Positions 36,608 to 45,220 of a stretch of DNA of 64,000 nucleotides are shown here, piece by piece. Source of the DNA: Candidatus Omnitrophota bacterium (GTDB lineage: Bacteria; Omnitrophota; Gorgyraeia; 1-14-0-20-64-10); NCBI GenBank assembly GCA_023248155.1, contig JAHFFE010000003.1, forward strand, positions 212,159 to 276,158, in the 5' to 3' direction. Numbering within the stretch: the first letter of the stretch is position 1; each line of letters begins with the position of its first letter. A model generated the notes under the pieces. That model was not told where the DNA came from. It was given only the letters and a program-made list of their open reading frames with translations, and made no database searches. Both the position numbers and the translations under genes were made by a program.

Positions 36608-39206
36608 CGGACGGAAGCGAAGTTAAGACAACGCAGCGGCCCGGATCAAGCAATTCCCGCGTAACGCGCTGAACATCGGCGGCCGTCAGCGATTGAATCA
36701 TCGCTTCGTACCGCTCATCGTAGTCAAAACCCAAACCGTAAAGTTCGTTGCTGGCCAGTTGTCCTGCCACGGCCGATTGCGTCTGCCGCGCAACGCGATG
36801 AGCGCCCAACAGCCCCTGCTTGGCTTCTTCCAATTCTTTCTCGGGAACCAGTTCTTCGCGCAGACGGCCGATTTCATTCCAGAGCGACTGTTCAACGCGC
36901 GCGCGGTTGCCGGGGTCCGCCATCGCATAAATAACGAACGATCCGGGATCAAGCCCCGGAACGCCAAACGCGCCGACGGTATAAGCCAACCCCTGCTTCT
37001 CGCGTACTTCGTCGAATAAACGGCCGGCACCCCCCGATAACACCGCTTCAGCCAGATCCAGCGCCGGAATTCGGGAATCGACCAATCTCAAGCCGCGGAA
37101 ACCGATCAAGATCAGTTGTTCGTGGCGCGGCGTTTTTTCTTCAACGGCCAGACGGCGTATTAATTCCGGTTCCGGCTCCGCAAAAGAAGAATTTTCAGCC
37201 GGTTTCTCCATCCGTCCCATCGATTGCTCCAGCAGAGCAAGCACCTGATTCGGATCAAAATCACCGACGACCGCAATCACCATCGACCGCGGATCGGTGG
37301 CGCGTTTGTAAAATTGTTCGCATGCTTCACGCGAGATCAACTTGATCGATTCTTCCGACCCGGCCGGATCAAGACGGTACGGATGTTTCGTAAAAAGCAG
37401 CCGCATCAGCCGGCGGATTCCCCACGGAAACGGATCTTCTTCCTGTTCTTTCAAGTGCGCCAGCGCCAGTGATTTTTCTTTTTCCAGTTCAGCGGCCGGA
37501 AAAACAGACTGCTGCAAAAGTTCCGCAAGCAACGCCACCGCTCCGGGAAGTTCCGCGCCGATCACTTCCATGCTCAGCCCAATGCCGTTGCGTCCGCTGG
37601 CCGTACCCACTTGGCCGCCCATCCGCTTCATCGCATCGGTAATCTGGTCGGCGTTCTTGGAGCGGGTGCCGCGCAGAAACATATGCGCCGTCAATGCCGA
37701 CAAACCGCTGGAGGAATCGGTTTCCCACAAAACACCGCCCGGCATAGAAACCTGCAGATTCACCAGTCCGATCCGGCGGTCCGGCTTTAAGATGACGCGA
37801 ATGCCGTTGCGTAAAATTTTCTTTTGGACGGGAATGGTTTGTGGTTTTATGGCCGATTGCTTTATTTCCGCCGGCTCATGCTCGGGAAGCATGGTCACTA
37901 CGGTGGCCTGATCAATCTGCAAATATTTTTGGGCGACGCGCTTAATGTCTTCACGCGTCACCTGGCGCAGACCCTGCAGATACCGGCGCGAAAAAAGAGG
38001 ATCGCCCGTTAAAATTTCGTTGCCGCACAAATCGCCGGCGATATCGGCCACCTGCTGTTTGCCGGACCAATAGCCGCGCAATACCGCTTTCCGAGCAGCC
38101 TGAAGCTCTGTTTCGGTAATGCTACCGGACTGAACCAGCCGAAGCTCTTTTCGCAGCGCATCCATCGCAAGTTCTCTCTTCTCTGAATCAAGACGAAGCG
38201 CAATGGTCAGCACGCCCCGGTCGCGCGGCGTGTAATTAAACGCAGTGACCGAATGAACCAGCCCTGTTTCTTTCAGCGCGCGGTCCAGCCGCGAGCCGCG
38301 ATCGCCCCCCAAAATCCAGGCCAGCAGATCAAGCGCGAAAAGATCCGGGTCACGAATCGAGACCGACAGAAAACCGACTTCAATCATCGGCATCGTCAGC
38401 GCGGCGGATTGTTCCACAATCTGTCGTCCGGCCATCGAAGGAAACGGTTCTTCGGGAAGCGTTTCCAAAGGAACGCGTCCGGGCGGAATAGCCTTCGTCA
38501 ACTCACCGATCGTTTTAATCACCGCTTCGGTATCGACATCGCCCACGACGGCCAATACCATCGTGTTCGGAAAATACCAGCTGCGGTAATAGGCCTTGGC
38601 GTCATCGGCGGTCAACTGCGTCAGCAGCGGTTCGTAGCCGATAATCGGAATTTGATACGGATGAACACGGTAGGCGTTGGCAAACAGAATTTCCCAGCTT
38701 AACTGCGAGGGATCATCGTCGCGCATCTTTAATTCGCGCAAGACAACTTCCCGTTCTTTGGCGAATTCGCCGGGATCAAATGTGGAGTTAAACAGCGCGT
38801 CGATCAGCAGATCGGCGGCCGAAGACCAATGTTCTCGGTTGACCACCAGCTGATAAGCGGTTGTATCGTAATTGGTAAATCCCTGGGAGGTGCCGCCGTA
38901 GGCGCGGGCTTCTTTCTCGACTTCTCCCACACCGCGGCGCTGAGTTCCTTTAAACAGCATATGTTCAACCACATGGGAAATACCGGTGCCGAGAAAACGG
39001 CCTTCGGTGGCGGAACCGGTCGGAACGGCGGCCTGAAAGGCCACCAATGGATGGGAATGATCTTCCTGAATTAAAAGCGTCAGTCCGTTTGGAAACCGGT
39101 GGCGTGTGACCACCGGAACCGTGTCAACCGACGGAGATGCCGCCGGCGAAGAAACACGATCGGCCTTTTGGATCGTCATCGATTGACAACCGGTCAGGAA
39201 GAACAA
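36582..39206 (-). CDS. M16 (pitrilysin/PqqL-like) zinc protease, probable lipoprotein
   Basis: HVVEHMLFKGT (HxxEH), four-domain repeat, LTGC lipobox. Confidence 0.93.
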   Translation of the reverse strand: MFFLTGCQSMTIQKADRVSSPAASPSVDTVPVVTRHRFPNGLTLLIQEDHSHPLVAFQAAVPTGSATEGRFLGTGISHVVEHMLFKGTQRRGVGEVEKEARAYGGTSQGFTNYDTTAYQLVVNREHWSSAADLLIDALFNSTFDPGEFAKEREVVLRELKMRDDDPSQLSWEILFANAYRVHPYQIPIIGYEPLLTQLTADDAKAYYRSWYFPNTMVLAVVGDVDTEAVIKTIGELTKAIPPGRVPLETLPEEPFPSMAGRQIVEQSAALTMPMIEVGFLSVSIRDPDLFALDLLAWILGGDRGSRLDRALKETGLVHSVTAFNYTPRDRGVLTIALRLDSEKRELAMDALRKELRLVQSGSITETELQAARKAVLRGYWSGKQQVADIAGDLCGNEILTGDPLFSRRYLQGLRQVTREDIKRVAQKYLQIDQATVVTMLPEHEPAEIKQSAIKPQTIPVQKKILRNGIRVILKPDRRIGLVNLQVSMPGGVLWETDSSSGLSALTAHMFLRGTRSKNADQITDAMKRMGGQVGTASGRNGIGLSMEVIGAELPGAVALLAELLQQSVFPAAELEKEKSLALAHLKEQEEDPFPWGIRRLMRLLFTKHPYRLDPAGSEESIKLISREACEQFYKRATDPRSMVIAVVGDFDPNQVLALLEQSMGRMEKPAENSSFAEPEPELIRRLAVEEKTPRHEQLILIGFRGLRLVDSRIPALDLAEAVLSGGAGRLFDEVREKQGLAYTVGAFGVPGLDPGSFVIYAMADPGNRARVEQSLWNEIGRLREELVPEKELEEAKQGLLGAHRVARQTQSAVAGQLASNELYGLGFDYDERYEAMIQSLTAADVQRVTRELLDPGRCVVLTSLPSDANAPSGE

Positions 39207-39217
39207 CAGGAGAACAA

Positions 39218-39388
39218 CTAAACGCGTCTGCGGTTTTCTCGTAGCTTGCGCCGCCGGGCAACGGAAGGCTTCTCGTAATGTTTCCGCGCGCGAACAACCT
39301 TCAAAATTCCTTCGCGCTCTACTTTCTTCTTTAAACGGCGAAGCGCTTTCTCGAGGGGCTCATTTTCACGAAGTTCAACAACTGGCAT
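39218..39388 (-). CDS. rpsU: 30S ribosomal protein S21 (56 aa, not in the ORF track)
   Basis: Hand translation MPVVELRENEPLEKALRRLKKKVEREGILKVVRARKHYEKPSVARRRK...; AGGAG RBS. Confidence 0.95.
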   Translation of the reverse strand: MPVVELRENEPLEKALRRLKKKVEREGILKVVRARKHYEKPSVARRRKLRENRRRV

Positions 39389-39412
39389 AAGTAACTTTTA
39401 CTCCTTTTTATT

Positions 39413-39441
39413 ATTGTACCGCGCCGGTCAAAACCGGTCAA
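39413..39441 (-). promoter_or_regulatory. Sigma70-type promoter of rpsU
   Basis: TTGACC, 17 bp spacer, TACAAT. Confidence 0.7.
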
Positions 39442-39453
39442 GCAAATGCGGTT

Positions 39454-40089
39454 CTATTCGGGCTGATAACGGACCCAGAATTCGTATCGGACATGCCGCC
39501 GCTTCATGGCGGCCGGAAACCCGGGATACGGTGAAGCGGCCTGCGCGTCGCGAAGTGCCGCCTGCGTCAGCCGCAGGTCGGAACTCTGAAGCACCTGCGC
39601 TTCCTTCAAATGGCCGCCCGGTCCGATTAATACCCTCAAACGGACCGTTCCCTGCACACCCACCTGCGGATAATTCAGCCGTTTTCTTAAATAAGAACGG
39701 ACCGTTTCTTTATATTGCAAAACAGCAAAATCAGATTCGGAGACCGCCGGCGCCGCAACCACCGGCTTAGGGGAAACCGTTTCGGCAGGATCGGAATGAA
39801 CCGCGGGCGCCGGGGGCGGCTCAATCGGTCGAGCGGGCGCCTCTTGCCGCGGCACATAAGCACGACGAACCGTCGGCGGTTCCGAACGCTGCGGATGAAC
39901 AGGTTCGGGCGGCGGAGCAACACGGCGGGCCGGTTCCCTTTTTGGCTCAACAACGCGAGGCGCCGCTTCGAGTCCTACCTCAATCCGGGGAATCCTGTGG
40001 AATGACGCGGCGGAAACAAAGGGTGCGGTGATTGCGAAAAAACCAACATGCAATAAAACCGAACAACCAAAACAAGATTTAAAATTCAT
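39454..40089 (-). CDS. TonB-family energy transducer
   Basis: SVLLH TM motif, Pro-rich linker, YP..G.QGTV.L.V.I...G, ASPYPGFP. Confidence 0.85.
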   Translation of the reverse strand: MNFKSCFGCSVLLHVGFFAITAPFVSAASFHRIPRIEVGLEAAPRVVEPKREPARRVAPPPEPVHPQRSEPPTVRRAYVPRQEAPARPIEPPPAPAVHSDPAETVSPKPVVAAPAVSESDFAVLQYKETVRSYLRKRLNYPQVGVQGTVRLRVLIGPGGHLKEAQVLQSSDLRLTQAALRDAQAASPYPGFPAAMKRRHVRYEFWVRYQPE

Positions 40090-40099
40090 ACCATCCGGC

Positions 40100-40618
40100 T
40101 CAGGAAGATCGCGCGGTTTCCCAACGGGTTCTATCTAAACTGTAAACAACCGCCGCATAAATCGCCCAAAACAACGCAGTCATCAAAAGATCACTGGCCA
40201 TCGCACGCGGCCAGTAGGAAGCGGTTGCCACCAATGATTGCACTAATCCGGCCGGCGTCCGGTCGGCCTGAGAACAACATTGCGTCGCCCAATCCCCCAA
40301 CGACAAGATCAGATGAAACAAAACCGAAGAAGCAACGAGGCCGGTCAGCAGCGATTTGAAATTCGGGCGGACTTTCAGCAGAACCAAAACCCCTACCACA
40401 GCAGAAATTGCCGCCAAGCGAACCAATGTGAACAGAGAGAATCCAAGCGCGAGATCGCGGATCAGCATCGCGGCCAATGCGGCCAGCAGCAATGAACGCG
40501 GTTTTAAGAAACAGGCCGCGCACAACAACGCGCCCAGGATCGGCGCCACGCCGAATGTCTGATGAAAAATGCCCGCGACAATACCGCCCAACAAGGTTAA
40601 TAAAATAGCCGTCATCAC
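40100..40618 (-). CDS. Small polytopic membrane protein, DUF6580/BtuM (ECF S-component)-like
   Basis: About 6 TM segments, AP.GA.L, AMLIRD, SSVLFHLI, GL motifs; lies in the B12 locus. Confidence 0.55.
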   Translation of the reverse strand: MMTAILLTLLGGIVAGIFHQTFGVAPILGALLCAACFLKPRSLLLAALAAMLIRDLALGFSLFTLVRLAAISAVVGVLVLLKVRPNFKSLLTGLVASSVLFHLILSLGDWATQCCSQADRTPAGLVQSLVATASYWPRAMASDLLMTALFWAIYAAVVYSLDRTRWETARSS

Positions 40619-40662
40619 AATGGGATTCCTCCTGTATCTTCTTTATTCTACCACACTCAATT

Positions 40663-40978
40663 AGGCAAACTGTTTATCGAGGTAGCTCGGGCCTATTCGC
40701 CAATCTCCGTCGCTTCGGGTCCTGCCGCTCGGGGACACTCTCCGCCGTCCGTGCTCGCTTCGCTGCGCGCGTGGCGGCGAAGGCCTCTCCCGCCCGCGTC
40801 ACCCGAAGCGCCTGCAGTAGGGTAAGAGGCGGATCGGGAGATGGGGCAAGTGGACCTTGGCGGAGGCCGAATCGAATTGTTCTTCGGCAAGGCCGGAGAC
40901 AGAGCGACGGAATGGGTAGTCCATTCCTAGCGTGTCCACGGCTCCCATGCCCGAGCCGACTCGATACACGGTTTGCCT
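40663..40978. repeat. Palindromic MITE/REP-like element (family B)
   Basis: Imperfect 30-bp terminal inverted repeats AGGCAAACTGTTTATCGAGGTAGCTCGGGC / GCCCGAGCCGACTCGATACACGGTTTGCCT; inner stems CGCTTCGGGT/ACCCGAAGCG and GGAATGG/CCATTCC. Confidence 0.75.
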
Positions 40979-41001
40979 GACGGAAGCGGGAACGCAGAGA
41001 T

Positions 41002-41031
41002 GCAACACCCCTTCGCGGCGCTCGAATAACC
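41002..41031. repeat. Right-end fragment of the family A element
   Basis: GCAACACCCCTTCGCGGCGCTCGAATAACC versus GCAACACCCCTTTGCGGCTCTCGAATAACC at 8559-8588 (28/30). Confidence 0.85.
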
Positions 41032-41039
41032 TCTGGGCG

Positions 41040-41474
41040 TTATTTCTTTTTGGTCGAGGACTTGGGCGGAGGCGCGTATTCGTACGTCCATCGCACATGA
41101 TCGTCCGGATGCAGATGCGTTTTATACGGACTGACCTTGCGCGAACCGTTCAGTTCCACGAACCACCAGTGCATCTTGACCGGATCGACCGCCACATCGT
41201 TGATTACGGCGACCTCGCGAAAATCACAGCAGACTTCTCCGGTGCCAACCTTGGCGATTTTCTCAAGCACAGACCGCGGCGTGGAACGGGAATCGGCTGA
41301 AACAGTTTCGTGAATCGCCGGACGGTTGGCCGGGCCAAACACCACATCCACCGTCACCGGAAACTCTAAAACTTTCTGTCTACATCCAGCAAAAGAAATC
41401 AGGAGATAGAGAAAGACCATTTGCAAAACGGAACGGGTGACGCGGGGGGAGAGGCCTCCTAGCTTATTTTTCAA
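41040..41474 (-). CDS. DUF4430 (transcobalamin C-terminal-like) lipoprotein
   Basis: FAGC lipobox; V..INDV...WWFVELNG...L.PDD.VRW.Y. Confidence 0.75.
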   Translation of the reverse strand: MKNKLGGLSPRVTRSVLQMVFLYLLISFAGCRQKVLEFPVTVDVVFGPANRPAIHETVSADSRSTPRSVLEKIAKVGTGEVCCDFREVAVINDVAVDPVKMHWWFVELNGSRKVSPYKTHLHPDDHVRWTYEYAPPPKSSTKKK

Positions 41475-43284
41475 ATGTCACCCCCACGGTCGCTAGTGTC
41501 CCCTCTTCAGGGAAACCAAGCACTTCTGAATAATGCTCATTGGTCAGGTTTTGAACGCGCAGAAAAGTTTTGGCCCAATCGGTCCAGCGATACTGTCCAT
41601 AGAAATGAACCACCAGATACCCTTTTGTTTTCTGTCGGCGGTTGGCGGCCTGCGATTCCTCGCGCGAGCTGACCAACTGGCTTTCCAAGCCCAAATCCCA
41701 TTTCTTGTCGGTCGTCGTATACTGCAGCTTCAATGAAGCGGTGTTGAACGGAATGCGAACCAATTCTTCCTCGCTGGGCCGGGCGTGGGGTTCCAGATGC
41801 GTATACGATCCAAGAATAGTCCATTCCTCGCTCGGATGAATCTTCGTTTCGAATTCAACACCATCCACGCGCGCCTTCGAAACATTGATGGGCGCTGATC
41901 CAACGAACTGGATTAAGTTGCGGTAATCGGTCCGGAAAACAGTGGCCGACCATTCCAACAAACCTTTCCACAACGAGTGATCTACTCCGACTTCATAGTT
42001 ATCGCTCTCTTCCGGCTGCAGATTCGGATTGCTGAAATTCGGGAAATAAAGGTCGTTCAGCGTCGGCACACGAAATCCTTCGGCCCAACCGCCTCGCAAC
42101 TTCATATCCCAAGGCTCAATGACATACGCCATTGAAGCGTCGAGAACCTTGTGCGTTCCAAACGTATTCTCGCGGAAAAACCGGCCGCCCATCACCACGG
42201 TCAGCGGCTTCCAGTAATTCCACAGGTTTTGAAAATAGCCGGCCGTGTTGGTCTGGGTTTTTGAAAACGAGCGGTTGTCCGCTTCCCGGTCTTCAAATTC
42301 AGCACCCAGCGTAAACTGGTCCCACTCCACCGGCGTAAATTTATTTCTCCACTCGGTGCCGTATCGTTCGGTGTTCAATTTAAAAAGCGAGTTGGCGTTA
42401 CCGGGGCCGTCTGAAGGATCGTTGTCAATAAAACTTTCCACAGCGGCTGAAACACGGAAATTTTGCGACCACCAATCGGTCACGGGGCTTTCAAAAACAC
42501 CCGAAGTAAATGTTTGTTTCTCTTTGTCTTTTCGGTTGGCATCGGGCCGGAATGCACCGTCATCCAAACCATACGTAGCCAAGCTGTGCCGAATCGTCCA
42601 ATCGAGCGTGGCATCTTTCCACAAATCGTATCCAACGCGCGACGAGAATGTTGAGTTGCCGTAATCATCGTTTTGGCTGACGCCGGATGTGTCATACCGC
42701 GACGCAGTCCCCGTCATATGCCAGGGACCCGTGCCGCCGCTGATAGAACCCACTTCGCGGAAACTGTTCTTGCCGCCCACTTCCTGCGTATAGGCATATT
42801 TCATCGGCCCTTCACCGTGCCGCGTAATGAGGTTAATCACGCCGCCCATCGCGTCGGATCCGTACAAACTGCTGGCGGAACCGCGCAACACTTCGACGCG
42901 TTCGATGTTTTCGTAGGTCAGGTTGTTGAAGTTAAACGCGCCGGTCGTCGGACTGGCCACGTGCACGCCGTCGATCGTCACATGGACCTGTGACGTTCCC
43001 GATCCGCGCAGCACCGCGTTCGTAATGCGGCCCGAAGTTCCCAAACGGCGAACCACAGTGCCCGGAATCGACCGAAGCGCGTCCACCACGAAAACGCCGG
43101 ATTGCTTGCCCAGATCTTCTTCGGAAACAACGGTCACCGCGCGCGTGACATTGCGGTTGGGTGTCTCTGATTTATTGGCAGTCACCACCACTTCATCCAG
43201 AACTGTTTCCTGGGCGACAGCGGCAGAACCGGTTATTCCCAGCAGAACGATCAAACCAACAATGGTGACGAAAGGTTTTTTCAT
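41464..43284 (-). CDS. btuB: TonB-dependent receptor, BtuB-like cobalamin transporter
   Basis: Signal peptide, TonB box DEVVVTA, IERVEVLRG.ASSLYGSDAMGGVIN, beta-barrel; downstream of a B12 riboswitch. Confidence 0.88.
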   Translation of the reverse strand: MKKPFVTIVGLIVLLGITGSAAVAQETVLDEVVVTANKSETPNRNVTRAVTVVSEEDLGKQSGVFVVDALRSIPGTVVRRLGTSGRITNAVLRGSGTSQVHVTIDGVHVASPTTGAFNFNNLTYENIERVEVLRGSASSLYGSDAMGGVINLITRHGEGPMKYAYTQEVGGKNSFREVGSISGGTGPWHMTGTASRYDTSGVSQNDDYGNSTFSSRVGYDLWKDATLDWTIRHSLATYGLDDGAFRPDANRKDKEKQTFTSGVFESPVTDWWSQNFRVSAAVESFIDNDPSDGPGNANSLFKLNTERYGTEWRNKFTPVEWDQFTLGAEFEDREADNRSFSKTQTNTAGYFQNLWNYWKPLTVVMGGRFFRENTFGTHKVLDASMAYVIEPWDMKLRGGWAEGFRVPTLNDLYFPNFSNPNLQPEESDNYEVGVDHSLWKGLLEWSATVFRTDYRNLIQFVGSAPINVSKARVDGVEFETKIHPSEEWTILGSYTHLEPHARPSEEELVRIPFNTASLKLQYTTTDKKWDLGLESQLVSSREESQAANRRQKTKGYLVVHFYGQYRWTDWAKTFLRVQNLTNEHYSEVLGFPEEGTLATVGVTFEK

Positions 43285-43360
43285 GATTTCTCCTAAAGAT
43301 AACCTTTCGAGGAAAAACTGCGGCTAAAACAACCAAGGTATGCGGACTTCTTCGCCGGAA

Positions 43361-43393
43361 ATAAAAAACCCCATCTCCGGACGAAGATGAGGC
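43361..43393 (-). terminator. Terminator of the B12 riboswitch expression platform
   Basis: CCUCAUCUUCG-UC-CGGAGAUGGGG followed by UUUUUUAUU. Confidence 0.75.
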
Positions 43394-43444
43394 AACCCCC
43401 TGGTTCCCCTCCCTCGAAGGAACAAACATTAAGTAAACTGCTTT

Positions 43445-43597
43445 TCCATCGCGAGGTCTCCTGGCTTCCGATCATCCTACTCTCCGCGCCTTCCCATCCG
43501 TTCTTGGAACGGACAGTGGTCTTTTAAGCGGATTTCGTCCCGGTTACAGTTGCGGGGCAGCGCCCGTATCACACGGGCTTCCCTCACTCGACGGAAT
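43445..43597 (-). ncRNA. Cobalamin riboswitch
   Basis: AGGGAAGCCCGTG...CTGCCCCGCAACTGTAA...CCACTG...GGGAAGGC...AGCCAGGAGACC (B12 box). Confidence 0.95.
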
Positions 43598-43628
43598 ATC
43601 CAAATTGTACTTCTGTGCTACGGTTGTA

Positions 43629-43657
43629 ATCATAACGCACGGACAGAAACCTGTCCA
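43629..43657 (-). promoter_or_regulatory. Sigma70-type promoter of the btu leader
   Basis: TGGACA, 17 bp spacer, TATGAT. Confidence 0.55.
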
Positions 43658-43660
43658 GCG

Positions 43661-44344
43661 TTATCCTTGAATTAACAACCTTAAAAACCGCAGCGTGTCC
43701 AAAAACGGCAGAATAAAACTGACCCGTTCGCTCGGATAAACGCAGCGGACCGGCACAGACGCGATGCGGAACCCGGCGCGGGCCGCGCGCAGGATCAATT
43801 CCGATTCAATCTCAAAATGATTGGAGCGCAGGCGGACCCGTTCCAGCAATCGCCGCGACGCCAGCCGGAACCCGCACTGCGAATCAGGGATATGTTGCCC
43901 CGAGTAAAACGATAACAACGCCGACATGAACCGATTGGTCCATTGCCGGTCGAGCGGCATCCCTTCAGGAGCATGCATCCGGTCTCCGATAAAAAGATCG
44001 GCCTCGGTCCGCCGCAGGCGCTCTTGGAAAAAAAGCGGGATATCTTCCGGCAGATGCTGACGGTCCGCGTCCATCATCAACACCCACTGTGTTGAAGGTT
44101 CTTTCAGCGCTTCAGCAATGCCGGTCTTGAGCGCAGCGCCTTTGCCTCCGTTCACGGGCCGGCGGATAACACAGGCACCCGCCTCGGTTGCCCTCTGGAC
44201 CGTACGATCGGTTGACGCATCGTCAACGACAATGACCGGAATCCGAAGATCCCGCAGTGATCGGACCAATGCGCCAATAGTCGATTCCGCCTGATAGGCC
44301 GGGATCAGCACGGTTGTTCCGGAAACAGTGCTAGAGGATGACAC
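43661..44344 (-). CDS. Glycosyltransferase family 2 (DPM synthase-like)
   Basis: LIPAY, VVDDASTD, NGGKGAA, MDAD, DSQCGFR. Confidence 0.93.
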   Translation of the reverse strand: MSSSSTVSGTTVLIPAYQAESTIGALVRSLRDLRIPVIVVDDASTDRTVQRATEAGACVIRRPVNGGKGAALKTGIAEALKEPSTQWVLMMDADRQHLPEDIPLFFQERLRRTEADLFIGDRMHAPEGMPLDRQWTNRFMSALLSFYSGQHIPDSQCGFRLASRRLLERVRLRSNHFEIESELILRAARAGFRIASVPVRCVYPSERVSFILPFLDTLRFLRLLIQG

Positions 44345-45215
44345 CGGTCACCGGTTCCCAGAAAGGCTGGAACAGATACCACTGCGTCGGATAGCGGCGG
44401 ATCACCCGCTCCATCGCGGCCACGCAATCCTTCGTTATTTCAACGATCGCTTCATCGCGCGTCAAATTTTCCGGCGGATAAATCGGCGGCTCCAGAACAA
44501 ACCGGAAATGTCCGTCCCTCTCCCGGACCAAAAAAGAAGGAACGATCGGCGCGCCGGTACGCAGGCTGAACCAAGCCGGGCCGGTTGGAATCCGCGTCGG
44601 TTTTCCAAAAAAAGGCAGTTCAATGCCATGCCCGAAAAAATCCCGGTCTCCCACGAGTGCCAGCAATCCATTGTGCTTTAAAGAAGAGAGGCATGCTTCC
44701 AAGAACGCCTTTCGGCCAATCTCCTGAATCGGAATCCCTTGGACATGCGCCCGTTGGCGCTGCCATTTAAAAAACCGGTCGACGCGCGGATTATGATGCG
44801 TCAGAACAGCCGCGCTCACGGAGATCCCTCGCATCGCCAAAACAGCCCCGCCCAGTTCATAATTCCCCAGATGCGCGGTGAGCGCGATGACGCCGTTGCC
44901 TTTTTCCAGCGCCTGCCGCACATAATCAACATCGGCCGGACGAATCCACCGCCGCGCCCGCTCGGGTGTCCACCAGGAAAACCGGAAAAAATCGACCAGA
45001 TACATCGCGAACTGCCGGAAAACTTCACGTACCTGTTCCGGATCGACGGACTCGGTTTGCATGACGATGGCAAGATTGGCGCGCACCGCTTTCAGGTCTT
45101 TGGGCGAACGGGCGCTGGAAAAATCAGCGGCGCGGCGAGCAACGGCATAACAAACGGAACGCGGAAGGATCCGGCACAATCCGAATCCGATCAGATAGAT
45201 CAGATAAAAAAGCAC
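44331..45215 (-). CDS. LpxL/PatA-family lipid acyltransferase
   Basis: TAHLGNYELG, LVGDRD, FFG...P.GPA, YPTQWY. Confidence 0.88.
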   Translation of the reverse strand: MLFYLIYLIGFGLCRILPRSVCYAVARRAADFSSARSPKDLKAVRANLAIVMQTESVDPEQVREVFRQFAMYLVDFFRFSWWTPERARRWIRPADVDYVRQALEKGNGVIALTAHLGNYELGGAVLAMRGISVSAAVLTHHNPRVDRFFKWQRQRAHVQGIPIQEIGRKAFLEACLSSLKHNGLLALVGDRDFFGHGIELPFFGKPTRIPTGPAWFSLRTGAPIVPSFLVRERDGHFRFVLEPPIYPPENLTRDEAIVEITKDCVAAMERVIRRYPTQWYLFQPFWEPVTGVIL

Positions 45216-45220
45216 GGCCG

